DNA from: an uncultured Actinomycetes bacterium
GTDB lineage: Bacteria; Actinomycetota; UBA4738; JBBDTT01
Length of the DNA stretch: 64,000 bases
Direction: 5' to 3'
Assembly: GCA_963742735.1 (NCBI GenBank)
Contig: CAVUMN010000004.1
Coordinates: forward strand, 704,001 to 768,000
Positions 9,313 through 19,513 of the stretch are shown piece after piece. Position 1 is the first letter of the stretch, and every line of letters begins with the position of its first letter. Below the pieces are notes generated by a model. That model saw nothing but the letters and a program-made list of their open reading frames with translations. It did not search any database and had not been told where the DNA came from. The translations under genes and the position numbers were made by a program.

Positions 9313-11913
9313 CTACTCGCGGGTGATCGTGACCTCGGACTCCATCACGGCGAGCGCCTCGTCCAACGTCGTGGGCATGGGCTTGTACCGCCACTCCAGG
9401 TACAGGGCGAGCTGGTCCTCGTAGTGCGCGGCCTCCTGCCCGAGCAGGTTCACGAACCCGCTCTGCCCCGGCGGGATCACGCTGCCCGCGCTCGACGCGC
9501 TCCGCCCGAGCGGACCCGAACGCCTCGGCGGGCTCAGGTACAGGACGACGTGGCCGTACGTTCCGCGGTCCATCTCGATGAGGTCCTGGACGTCGCCCGG
9601 CGTCCCCAGGTCGTCGGAGTTGTCCAGCCCCGCCTGGGCGAAGACCGTGTCGGCGAACAGGTCGGCGTTGAGGCGCTGGTAGTGCTCCTCCGCCACGGCC
9701 TGCCGCCAGGTCTCCGGCTCCTCGTTCTCGAACTCCGCGGCCAGCGAGGCGACGGCGGCCTCGAACGCCTCGGCCGCGAGCGTCCTCGCCGGCGTGGCCC
9801 CCAGCCACTCGAACCCCTGGGCCAGGCGGTCCTTCGTGGACGAGCAGATGCCACAGCAGGGTCTCGCTCGCCTGGCCGGCCTGGTCGCCGAGGTCGTCGG
9901 CGAAGGCCTGCGTCCGCATCGTGGCCACCCACCGATCCAGGATGGTCTTGCCGGCGTCGTACAGGCCGTCCTCGTCGAGGTCCGTCAGGAACCCGTCCCA
10001 CCCGCGGAGCACCGCCGCGGCGGACCTCCCCAGGTCGGTCTCGAGGGCCGAGTCCGCGTGGGAGGAAGGGGCGGAAGAACGCGTCGCGGTGGTGCCGGAA
10101 CGCGCGCGTACTTGAGGTTGTCCACCAGATCGTCGTGGTCGACCTGCTTGTCGGCGTTGATGTCGCCTCCCGTGAGCGGGTCGACGAGCTGCCGCCCGCC
10201 CGGGTCGAGGGCGTTCTCCAGGTCCTGGGCGTTGTCGACCACCGAGTAGGCGCGCTCGCGCTTCCAGCCGAGCGCCGGCTGGTTGTTCCAGTTCGCCAGC
10301 CACGAGCGCTTGAAGTTCACGGCGTGGGGGACCCGCTGGATGGGCAGGAGGCCCTTCCACTCCGAGCCGCCCCGCCCGTCCTGGGGCAGGCGGAGGTCGA
10401 CGCCCTTCGCGCGGACCGGGTGGTTGCCCGGGTGCCAGTACCCGAAGTTCCCCTTGTCGTCCGTGTAGAACATGTTGTGGTTGGAGGAGAGGTAGTTCAC
10501 GTACGTGGCGTAGTCCTGGAGGCTCCTCGACTGGTTGTAGCGGAAGAACCCCTCGACGGTCTGCTGCTCGCGGTTGAACCAGGCGTACCGGATCGAGTAC
10601 GCGACGTCGTTCTCCAGGTCGAAGCCGACGACCGGGCCGTGGCGGGTCCGGCAGATCTCGGACTCGTCGAACGGCACGCCGCGGAGCGAGAACGTCTCGG
10701 TCCGGCAGTCCATGTCCTCGTACGTCCCGTTGAACAGGTACTGCCGGTCGTTGTCGGGGTTCAGCTGCTCGACGTAGGTGTCGGTGAGGTCCGACGCGCC
10801 GGTGGTCGTCGTCCAGGCGAAGCCCCTGCCCCGGCCGATCAGGACCGCGGGGCCGGCACCGGCGAAGGTCATGCCGGTCGCGTCGAGCTTCCCGTCGGCG
10901 CTGTGCAGGCCGAAGTCGGCCAGCCACTGGGGGAGGAGATATCCGACCTGCGGCCCGCCGGTCTGTGAGGCGTTGCCGGCCTCGGACATGCGCGGCCCCG
11001 CGATCTGCGCGTTGGACCCGAAGCTGAACATGGTGTGCAGCGCGGCCCACAGCTTCTCGAGCGGCTCGAACGCCTTCAGGGCCTTCACGGGGTCGGGGAT
11101 CAGCGCCAGCTGCTCCAACGTGCCCCGGGCGCCCGGACCGGCCTCGGGGGCCGGACCCGCGATCGTGACGGGGCCCAGCCCGAGGCGGGCGTCGTCCTCG
11201 AGGACGCGCTTGGACTGCGCCTCCGCGATCCGCGCGTGCGTCGGGAACCGCTGGTACCGGTAGTCGCGGGGGATGGAGATCGGGCCGTCCGGTTCCTCGG
11301 TGACGACCAGGTCGTTGAACATCCGCAGGCCCTTGCCCGGGCCGTGACGGTCGACGAGCGTCGCGAGCAGGCTCGCGTAGGAGACCTCGTTCCCGCCGCC
11401 CGAGCCGAACGACAGGATCAGGACGTCGCCCAGGGCGACGCTGTCGGTGACGGTCCACTCCCGGATCACGGGCTCCCCGTACTCGACGAACTCGAAGGGG
11501 AGGAGCGATCGGGTCGGCCTGGGCCTGGGCGATCCACGCGTTGATGCCGTCGGCGAACGCCTGCAGGTTGTCGCGGATGTCCTTGGGATAGCGCGTTGTA
11601 GCGGGCGACGCGCTCCTCCTCGGTGTAGGTGAAGAACCGGACCTCCTTGTCGATGTCGACCACCAGGGGACCCAGCAGGTGCGGAGAGCTCGCCCCTGCC
11701 GATCAGGCGGAACACGTGCATCTGCCACAGACGATCCTGGGCCAGGGCGTAGCCCGCGCCGTAGGAGACGTCGGTGGCGGTCGCGCCGAACACGTGGGGG
11801 ACACCGAACGCGTCGCGGACGATCCGGATCTCCGAGGCGGCGCGCGCGGGGGTCGCCGGCGCGAGCGTGGCGGCGACCAGCGTGACCAGGATGACGGCGA
11901 GGCTGCGGCGCAT
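9313..11913 (-). CDS. Secreted penicillin acylase family (Ntn) hydrolase, several frameshifts
   Basis: Signal peptide; IVRDAFGVPHVF, GYALAQDRLWQM, GSNA (beta-subunit Ser), RTRHGPV, ANWNNQP, PPGQSG; pieces lie in different frames. Confidence 0.85.
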
Positions 11914-11951
11914 GGGTCCCCTCCTCGGGCGCGAACGGGGCTCGCTGTCGG

Positions 11952-12010
11952 ATTCGTCCTCGGGGGCCCGGCCTCCTGCCCGGGAGGAACGCGGCCGTCC
12001 GCCACCGAAC
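11952..12010. promoter_or_regulatory. Back-to-back sigma-H-like promoters (AGGA-N18-GAAY) for the acylase and CocE genes
   Basis: Minus: GCAGGA-N15-GACGAAT; plus: GGAGGA-N15-ACCGAAC, 10 nt before ATG 12021. Confidence 0.6.
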
Positions 12011-12020
12011 CCTCTGCCGC

Positions 12021-13817
12021 ATGACCCGTGCCCGCGTCCGTCGCCTGGCGCCGGTGGCCGCGATCCTGGCCGTGGCCGTGCTCGCCGCTCCCGCCGGCGG
12101 CGCGCCTCGACGGCGCGCGCCGAGGACCTATCCGCTTCGCCCCGTGACGCAGCCGGTCTACCAGGCCCTGGCGGATGAGCTCGTCCAGGTCCCGACCCGC
12201 GGAGGGGCGGTGTTCGTGCGGATCGTCCGGCCCGCCGTGCCGGCCGGGGTGCGGGTGCCGGTTATCCTCACGCTCACCCCGTACTCGACGGGGACCGGCT
12301 CCGCGGCCGACGGGCTCGCCGAGTTCTTCGTGCCGCGTGGGTACGCGCGCGCGGTGGCCGACGTCCCGGGGACCGGCCAGTCCGGGGGGTGCTGGGACTA
12401 CGGCGGCTCCCTGGAGCGTTTCGCCGGGTACGACCTGGTCGAGTGGCTTGGGACCCGGCCCTGGTCCAACGGCAAGGTCGGGATGATCGGCGGCTCCTAC
12501 GACGGCACCACCGCCAACATGGTCGCCGCCGACAACGCGCCGCACCTCGCGACGATCGTGCCCGAGGTCGCGATCATGCGGTGGTACGGGTACGCGTACC
12601 ACGACGGCGTTCGCTACTTCGTGATGGATCCGGGCCAGCGCCAGGGTGCGGTCATCGATGAGCAGGGGTTCGACACGCCGATCGGCTTCGACCTGGGGTT
12701 CGGCCTGGCCCCGCCGACCGACCCCGAGCATCCGGCGTGGCCCGATCGGATCGCCGCGCGGCTGTGTCCCGACGTGAAGGCGCGGCACCTGGAGCGCGCC
12801 TACGCCTTCGACTCGGACTACGACGCCTTCTGGCTGGAGCGCGACTACCTGAAGGACGTGGGCCGTCTCGCGATCCCCGACGGGATCGAGATCCCGGTCC
12901 TCGTGGTGGGCGGCTGGCAGGACTACAACGTGAAGCACTCGGAGTCGAGTCGCTGGTTCACGGCGATCCCGGCGGACGACCGCCTGACCCGGGCCGACGA
13001 GGGCGTCCCCATGAAGATGCTCCTGATGGACCAGGTCAGCCACGGCCTCCCGGTCCACGACGAGATCCCGTTCGAGAAGATCCTGCACGCCTGGTTCGAC
13101 CGGTACCTGCTCGGCCATCTGACGAACATCGCCCGCCAGCCGCGGTCGATGTCGGTGACCCAGGAGGGGACGCTTCGGGTCGACGCCACCTGGCCGCCGC
13201 CCGGCACCGCGGACGGCCCGCTGTACCTGGCTCCCGGCGGAGCCCTGACCTCGGACGCCCCGGACGCTCCGGGACCCCTGGCTGCCTACGCGGACGTCCC
13301 GCTGATGACGGAGTCGCTGGCCCTGGCCATGAAGGGCGGCGACACGATGGCGTGGTTCGAGAGCGAACCCCTCACGCGGGAGCTTCGGATCGCGGGGGTG
13401 CCGCGCCTGGACCTGCTCGCGTCGTCCTCGGACGTGTCCACCCACTACACGCCCGTGCTGTTCGACCTGGGTCCGCCGGCCAATCCGGAGGCCGCCCAGT
13501 GCGTCTTCGTCCCGCCGCAGGACGCGTGCGTGATCTCCCGGGGGTTCCTGAACTCACGGTATCGCCGGGGCCTCGACCAGAACGAGGACCTCGAGCCCGA
13601 CGAGCTCTACCGGGCGCCGATCCGGTTCATCGACAACGACTGGGTGATCCCGGCGGGACACCGGATCGGCGTGGCGGTCATGTCCTCGAACCTGTGGTGG
13701 GCCGTCCCCGACGACGTTCGCTCGACGAACGCGCTGTTCACCCACCCGGACTCGCCCTCGGTCCTGGTGCTACCGGTGGTGGGCGGCCCGGCCGCCCTGA
13801 CGGCGGCCGGGCTCTGA
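12021..13817 (+). CDS. Secreted CocE/NonD family hydrolase (S15/Xaa-Pro dipeptidyl peptidase-like)
   Basis: TPY, DVPGTGQSGG, WSNGKVGMIGGSYDG nucleophile motif, GWQDYNV, PepX_C-like tail. Confidence 0.88.
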   Translation: MTRARVRRLAPVAAILAVAVLAAPAGGAPRRRAPRTYPLRPVTQPVYQALADELVQVPTRGGAVFVRIVRPAVPAGVRVPVILTLTPYSTGTGSAADGLAEFFVPRGYARAVADVPGTGQSGGCWDYGGSLERFAGYDLVEWLGTRPWSNGKVGMIGGSYDGTTANMVAADNAPHLATIVPEVAIMRWYGYAYHDGVRYFVMDPGQRQGAVIDEQGFDTPIGFDLGFGLAPPTDPEHPAWPDRIAARLCPDVKARHLERAYAFDSDYDAFWLERDYLKDVGRLAIPDGIEIPVLVVGGWQDYNVKHSESSRWFTAIPADDRLTRADEGVPMKMLLMDQVSHGLPVHDEIPFEKILHAWFDRYLLGHLTNIARQPRSMSVTQEGTLRVDATWPPPGTADGPLYLAPGGALTSDAPDAPGPLAAYADVPLMTESLALAMKGGDTMAWFESEPLTRELRIAGVPRLDLLASSSDVSTHYTPVLFDLGPPANPEAAQCVFVPPQDACVISRGFLNSRYRRGLDQNEDLEPDELYRAPIRFIDNDWVIPAGHRIGVAVMSSNLWWAVPDDVRSTNALFTHPDSPSVLVLPVVGGPAALTAAGL

Positions 13818-13824
13818 CCCAGCC

Positions 13825-14682
13825 TTAGAGCGTCCCCGCCGTGACCAGCGTGTAGCCCACGCCGGTCACCTGCGAGGCCCGGGCGATCTGGGGTCCGACG
13901 CGAGTGATCCCGACCAGGCCGGCGTCCACGCCGCCCGTCCCGAGAGACGCGAGGTGGAGACCGGTGGTGACGACGATCCCCACCGCGCGACCGTCGGCCG
14001 AGGTCACCGCGCTCCCGGAGTCGCCCGGCACGACCAGCCCGAGCGCATACACATGGTCGGGGTCGGGCATCCCCAGGGCCAGCGCGGAACGCGCCGGCAC
14101 CAGCGAGCCGATCCCCAAGCCGTTGCCGAAGTACTGCAGGGTCGTCGTCGCCGATCCCTGGTCGCCGTTGATCCCGGTGGGCCCGCCGAAGTGGCACATC
14201 TGCGGGTTCACCGGCACGCCGGCATCGACGCGGATGAGCGACATGTCCTTCGGGTCCCCCAGGACGGCGTACGCGAACTCGCCGATCCGGTTCCCCTGCC
14301 CGTCGCGGGCCACGGGGCCGGTGCCCGGCGCCCACGAGGACTCGCCGTCGCCGTCGAGGATGCAGTGCCCCGCCGTCCCGATGTAGGTCCGTCCGTCGGA
14401 GCCGGCGTAGACGAAGTTGAACGTGCACTGCCCGACGTCGCTGTTCACGATCGCGCCGGGCCGGACCCCCGGACACGATCCGACGCCCACCGGCGCCGCG
14501 GTGCGAACCGTCGGCACCTCGATGAGGCGGCACGCCTCACCGCCCAGCGTCCAGCTCCCTGCGCTCGATCCGAGTCCGAGCCCACCGAGTGGGCCGGCGC
14601 TCGCGGGCGCGCCGAGGGAAAGCAGGACCACGGTCAGAGCGCACAGGACGAACGCCGTGCGCGAGAGACGTGGAGTCCTCAT
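13825..14682 (-). CDS. Secreted trypsin-like (S1) serine protease
   Basis: Signal peptide; CTFNF..GTAGHC, DMSLIR, GDSGS; RBS GGAGG. Confidence 0.85.
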   Translation of the reverse strand: MRTPRLSRTAFVLCALTVVLLSLGAPASAGPLGGLGLGSSAGSWTLGGEACRLIEVPTVRTAAPVGVGSCPGVRPGAIVNSDVGQCTFNFVYAGSDGRTYIGTAGHCILDGDGESSWAPGTGPVARDGQGNRIGEFAYAVLGDPKDMSLIRVDAGVPVNPQMCHFGGPTGINGDQGSATTTLQYFGNGLGIGSLVPARSALALGMPDPDHVYALGLVVPGDSGSAVTSADGRAVGIVVTTGLHLASLGTGGVDAGLVGITRVGPQIARASQVTGVGYTLVTAGTL

Positions 14683-14901
14683 GAACCACCTCCCATGCAG
14701 CAAGGTCCCGGGGCGTGCCGGGACAGCCAAGGGGCACTCGGGCTTGCCCTGTTCTACCTCGATTGCCGGGTTTGAAACATGGGGTCGGCGCAAAGTCGTC
14801 CGATGAGCACCGGAACGTGGGGGTTCGTCGGTTTCGTGCCGTCTTCTGGTGGTTGGGCGACCCACCATGGCACGCCCCGGTCGTGGGATCATGCGGCGGC
14901 G

Positions 14902-16428
14902 ATGGGGCTTGGTGAGCACAATCTCGCCGTCCTCGGCGACCGGGCGCACGTCCGGCTGGCCGGAGGAGGCGTGGTCCATTTCGAGGGCCACGCGCTGACC
15001 GGTGACGAGGCCTTCGCGCGAGCCAACCGCCTGGGCGAGGGGTTCCGGCAGCTGGGGATCGCCCCCGGCGATCGCGTCGTGGTCTTCATGGCCAACCGGC
15101 CCGAGGTTGGGATCGTGTACCAGGGCCTGTGGCGGGCCGGCGCGGTCATCACCCCCGCGATCTTCCTGCTCCCGCCTCCGGACCTTCGTCACATCCTGGA
15201 GGACTCCGAGGCGGTGGCCATCGTCACCACGCCGGAGTTCGTCGCGAACGCCCGCGCCGCGGCGGAGGGCGTTCCGTCCATCCGGTGGATCGTCCTGGCG
15301 GAGGAGCCGCAGGAGGGGACCGTCTCGCTGGAGGAGCTCGAGGGCTCGGCCGGCGGCGAGATCGTGCCGCGCGAGGACGCCGACCTGGCCGCGGTCATGT
15401 ACACGGGCGGCACGACCGGTCGCGCCAAGGGCGTGATGCTCTCCCACGAGAACCTCGCCCGCACGGCCGCGGCCGCCCACGAGGCAAGCAACGTTCCCGG
15501 CGTCAACCGGACCCTGGTGCCGATCCCGCTGTCGCACTCCTACGGGCTGATCGTGACGGTGATCGGCCTGCAGGCCACCGAACCGGGCGAGGTGGTCCTG
15601 CTCCGGTGGTTCGAGCCGCAGGCCTGCCTGGCGGCCATCCAGGAGCACGCGCTCCAGCGCGCGACGATGGTTCCGACGATGCTCCAGGTCCTGCTGGACC
15701 AGCCGCTCGAGGACTACGACCTCTCCTCGTTGCGATACGTCACGTCCGGCGCGGCCCCGCTCCCGATGGAGGTCGCGCAGGAGTTCGAGCGCCGCGTCCC
15801 CAACGCGCAGATCCTCGAGGCCTACGGCCTGACCGAGAACGCGGCCGCGCTGACCATCAACCGCCCCGGAAGCCGGCGGCTGGGTTCGGTCGGGCAGGTC
15901 ATCCCTGGTGGCGAGCTGGCGATCCTGGACGAGGACGGGAAGCCGGTTCCGACGGGGGAGACCGGCGAGATCTGCTACCGCGGCTCCGGCGTGATGCTCG
16001 GCTACTGGCGGGCGCCCGACGTGACCGAGGAGACGCTGGCGGACGGCTGGCTGCACACGGGAGACATCGGCCGGCTGGACGACGACGGCTACCTCTACGT
16101 CGTCGATCGCAAGAAGGACCTCATCCTGCGCGGCGGCTTCAACGTATTCCCCCGCGACGTCGAGGACGTGTTGGTGCAGCATCCGGCCGTCGCGATGGCC
16201 GGCGTGGTCGGGCGGCCGGATCCACGGATGGGGGAAGAGGTCGTCGCGTTCGTCTCGCTGCACCCGGGGCACGAGGTTTCGCCGGAGGACGTGATCGCGT
16301 TCGCGAAGGAGCGGCTGGGGAAGTACAAGTACCCACGGGAGGTGCGGGTGGTGTCCGCGATCCCGGTGACCCCGGTGGGCAAGATCGACCGCAAGGTCCT
16401 TCGTGGCCGGGCCGTGGCCGACGAGTAG
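14902..16428 (+). CDS. Long-chain acyl-CoA synthetase (AMP-forming)
   Basis: YTGGTTGRAKG, YGLTE, WLHTGDIG, VDRKKDLI, GKIDRK. Confidence 0.92.
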   Translation: MGLGEHNLAVLGDRAHVRLAGGGVVHFEGHALTGDEAFARANRLGEGFRQLGIAPGDRVVVFMANRPEVGIVYQGLWRAGAVITPAIFLLPPPDLRHILEDSEAVAIVTTPEFVANARAAAEGVPSIRWIVLAEEPQEGTVSLEELEGSAGGEIVPREDADLAAVMYTGGTTGRAKGVMLSHENLARTAAAAHEASNVPGVNRTLVPIPLSHSYGLIVTVIGLQATEPGEVVLLRWFEPQACLAAIQEHALQRATMVPTMLQVLLDQPLEDYDLSSLRYVTSGAAPLPMEVAQEFERRVPNAQILEAYGLTENAAALTINRPGSRRLGSVGQVIPGGELAILDEDGKPVPTGETGEICYRGSGVMLGYWRAPDVTEETLADGWLHTGDIGRLDDDGYLYVVDRKKDLILRGGFNVFPRDVEDVLVQHPAVAMAGVVGRPDPRMGEEVVAFVSLHPGHEVSPEDVIAFAKERLGKYKYPREVRVVSAIPVTPVGKIDRKVLRGRAVADE

Positions 16429-16439
16429 GGGGCGGGCGG

Positions 16440-16907
16440 ATGTATCGGTGGTGGGTGTTCGCGCACGTCGTCGGGGCCTTTCTGTTCGTCGGCGCGCACG
16501 GAGCGTCGGCGTTCGTGTCGTTCCGGATCCGCCGCGAGCGCGACCCGAAGACGATCAGCGCGCTCTTGCAGCTCTCGCTCGCCAGCGTGAAGCTCGCCTA
16601 CCTCGGCCTCCTGGTGCTGATCGTCGCGGGCGTGGTCGCCGGGTTCCAGATCAACGCGTGGAGTCGGGGATGGATCTGGACCGCCATCGCCGTTCTGGTG
16701 GCGACCACCGGGTTCATGTACGCGGTCGGGACGACCTACTACAAGAAGGTGCGCACGGTCACCGAGGCGCTGGTCGGCGGCTCCGAGGCCGTGACGCCCG
16801 AGCAGTACGCGGAGGTCCTGTCCTCCCGGCGGCCGCACCTGCTCGCTGCCGTCGGCCTGGTGGCGCTGCTGGTGATCCTCTGGTTGATGCTGCTCAAACC
16901 CTTCTAG
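16440..16907 (+). CDS. DUF2269-like integral membrane protein
   Basis: MYRWWVFAHV...HG, four TM helices, ends LWLMLLKPF. Confidence 0.75.
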   Translation: MYRWWVFAHVVGAFLFVGAHGASAFVSFRIRRERDPKTISALLQLSLASVKLAYLGLLVLIVAGVVAGFQINAWSRGWIWTAIAVLVATTGFMYAVGTTYYKKVRTVTEALVGGSEAVTPEQYAEVLSSRRPHLLAAVGLVALLVILWLMLLKPF

Positions 16908-16917
16908 GGTTGGTCGC

Positions 16918-17970
16918 GTGAGCTACCAGACGATCATCGTGGCCACCGACGGCTCCGAGAGCGCGCTGATCGCCCAGCGCCGCGCCATCGGGCTTGCCCG
17001 CCCGCTGTGGGCGAAGGTCTTCATCGTCACCGCTTTCTCCGAGCCGGGGATCCCGCGCGACGTGGCCGAGGACGTCCTGCGCTACGCCGCCCAGGATGCC
17101 CGGCGCGGCGAGGTCGACGTGAAGACGCTGTTGGTGGAGGGACCTCCCGGCGACGCGCTCCCCACCGCCGCGGCCGACGGGTGGGCCGACCTGGTCGTGG
17201 TCGGGAGCGCCGGGATGGGCAAACCCGCCCGGCTGCGGATGGGGAGCGTCGCGGACCTGGTGGTCCGGGGCGTGCCCTGCGACGTGCTGGTGGTGCGGAC
17301 CACCGGGCCGACCCCGACCGATCCGAGCCGCGGCTATCGCACGATCGTGGCCGGGACGGACGGCTCGCCCACCGCCGGCGAGGCGGCGCGGCGGGCGTTC
17401 GAGCTCGGGGAGATCGTGGGTGCCGGCGTCACGCTCGTGTCGGTGGGCGATCCGCTGCTCTCGGCCATCGCCCTGGAGCGGACCGTCAAGGGCCACCCCG
17501 GAGGATCGGAGCCGACGACGGTGGTCCGGCAGGGTGATCCCGTGGAGGAGATCTGCGCCCTCGCCGCGGAGCGCGGGGCCGACCTGATCGTGGTCGGCAA
17601 CCAGGGCCTCACCGGGGTGAAGGGGCGCGTCCTCGGCTCCGTCCCCGGGGACGTCGCCCACCGGGCGCCGTGCGATGTGCTGATCACCCGGACGGGCGGC
17701 CACAAGCTCGAGGACCTGAAACCCGGCACGGCGTCGGTCGTCGACATGGACGGGCGGAAGGCGGCGGCGTACGTGGACGACGAGGGAACCGCACACGTGC
17801 TGTCCGCGCGATGCCGCCATCTGGGCTGCACCGTCGGGTGGAACGAGGCCGATCGAACCTGGGACTGTCCGTGCCACGGCTCGCGGTACACCTTCGAGGG
17901 AAAGGTCATCCAGGGCCCGGCGACGAAGGACCTGCCCGTGTTCGGAGAGTCCGAAGCCGCCGAGTCGTGA
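16918..17970 (+). CDS. Tandem universal stress protein domains fused to a C-terminal Rieske [2Fe-2S] domain
   Basis: IIVATDGS / IVAGTDGS, DLVVVGS..GSV, PCDVL twice; CRHLGC...CPCHGS. Confidence 0.88.
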   Translation: MSYQTIIVATDGSESALIAQRRAIGLARPLWAKVFIVTAFSEPGIPRDVAEDVLRYAAQDARRGEVDVKTLLVEGPPGDALPTAAADGWADLVVVGSAGMGKPARLRMGSVADLVVRGVPCDVLVVRTTGPTPTDPSRGYRTIVAGTDGSPTAGEAARRAFELGEIVGAGVTLVSVGDPLLSAIALERTVKGHPGGSEPTTVVRQGDPVEEICALAAERGADLIVVGNQGLTGVKGRVLGSVPGDVAHRAPCDVLITRTGGHKLEDLKPGTASVVDMDGRKAAAYVDDEGTAHVLSARCRHLGCTVGWNEADRTWDCPCHGSRYTFEGKVIQGPATKDLPVFGESEAAES

Positions 17971-19502
17971 CCCGCCGCGCCCTCCTCGCCCTGGCGAGCG
18001 CGCTGGCCCTGCTGGCCGTCCCGCCGGCGGTGGCGGCGGAGCCCCGTCCCGACCCCCACACCCAGCCGCTGCTGGACGGGTGCCAGCGCAGCAACACCTT
18101 CACCCTGGCCCGGACCACCCCCGAGTGGGTGTACGTCGACCGAGCCGCGGCGATGGAACAGCTTCTGGCGGGGGATCCGCTGCGCGGGGTGCGTCGCGCG
18201 TCGGGCCGGGTGGTGGAGAGCCGGCCGGCGGGCGAGGACCTGTACATCAGCCACGACTTCCACGACATGAACGTGATGTTCGTCCCGGACGCCCCGTCCG
18301 AGGGGTTGCTCGCTCAGGGACAACAGGTCATCGAGGGCGAGCTCGAGGCCTCGAACATCCCGTTGTGGGCGATGCCCGCGGCGGGAGACCGAGTGGTCAT
18401 GAGCGGGTCGTGGATCTGGGACTGCGGCCACTGGGGGAACTCCGCCGCCGACCCCACCGGGCTGTCTCAGTTCCTGGTGTACGACCCGGTCGAGACGGGT
18501 CAGGACCTGCTGCGGCCCGGAGCCATCCGCGGCGAGCAGACCGAGCTCCACCCCTTCCACGAGCTGGCCACCACCCGGCTCGACGCGGCCGGCCGGCTCG
18601 CGGGCCGCCGGGTGGCGACGGAGCTGTCGAGGCTGGACGTGTGGATCAACGGCGACGGCGGGCCCGCCCTCTCCGAGGAGGACTGCGCGCTCCAGGGCAT
18701 CCCCATGACGGCCTTCACCGAACGGCTCTGCTCGGATGTGCGCGACGTCGGCGGGGACTACCGGTACGTGCTCCCGCTGGGACCTCGTCCGTCGCGCGGC
18801 TCGCGCGTGGTCGTGAACCGCGTCCGGGTCCATTCCGAGACGCACCCGGCCGTCGCGAAGGTCCCGGTGAGTGTGCGGCCCGACGCGGCGCGGGGGCGCG
18901 TGACCGTCTCCTTCTCGCTCCCGCACTCGGCCACGGCGACGCCGTTCGGCGTCACCGTCGAGGCCGGGTGGACGGGAGCGCGCCGTGCGGTCCGGCATCG
19001 GGTGCGCCTGGACTCCATCCACATCTCCGGGGCCCTCGACGGCGACACCGAGCCGAACGCCAATCCGGTCTCGGCTCCCGAGCAGACCCCGGCGCCGGGG
19101 GAGTGGGCGCTCTACGCACAGGTGAGTGGCCGCTGGGCGCGGCTGCCGGTGGCCCGGGTCACCGACGGGCAGACCATCCCGCTCGGCGTCACCTTCGACT
19201 TCTGGCTGCCGCGGGGCGTCCAGCCCACCCTGTTCGTCTCCGGCCACGAGTGCGACGAGCCGATCATCACCTGCTCCGACGAGCGCTACGGCGCCGAGCC
19301 CACGGAGGTGTCCACCGAGCTCGGGTTCAACGACCGACCCGGCCGCATCGAGCTGATGAACGCGGGCGTTCCGCTCACCCTCGGCACCGCCACGTATGCG
19401 CCCATGACCAACCCCGCCGGCGCCGGCAACGAGGACCTCTCCGACGCCACCTGCGGCCCCAACGGCTGCTACCAGCTCAAGGTCACCTGGCAACGGGGGT
19501 AG
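17967..19502 (+). CDS. Secreted hypothetical protein (Cys-containing, beta-rich)
   Basis: GTG overlapping the upstream stop; RR + hydrophobic + AAA signal; SHDFHD, WIWDCGHW, TELHP motifs; typical GC3 bias. Confidence 0.7.
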   Translation: MTRRALLALASALALLAVPPAVAAEPRPDPHTQPLLDGCQRSNTFTLARTTPEWVYVDRAAAMEQLLAGDPLRGVRRASGRVVESRPAGEDLYISHDFHDMNVMFVPDAPSEGLLAQGQQVIEGELEASNIPLWAMPAAGDRVVMSGSWIWDCGHWGNSAADPTGLSQFLVYDPVETGQDLLRPGAIRGEQTELHPFHELATTRLDAAGRLAGRRVATELSRLDVWINGDGGPALSEEDCALQGIPMTAFTERLCSDVRDVGGDYRYVLPLGPRPSRGSRVVVNRVRVHSETHPAVAKVPVSVRPDAARGRVTVSFSLPHSATATPFGVTVEAGWTGARRAVRHRVRLDSIHISGALDGDTEPNANPVSAPEQTPAPGEWALYAQVSGRWARLPVARVTDGQTIPLGVTFDFWLPRGVQPTLFVSGHECDEPIITCSDERYGAEPTEVSTELGFNDRPGRIELMNAGVPLTLGTATYAPMTNPAGAGNEDLSDATCGPNGCYQLKVTWQRG

Positions 19503-19513
19503 GCTTCCGCGCC

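Noticed and set aside
14690-14800. Possible c-di-GMP-I riboswitch (ACAGGGCAA on minus, GCGCAAAG on plus)
   Set aside because: The two elements are on opposite strands and there is no GNRA-tetraloop/receptor arrangement.
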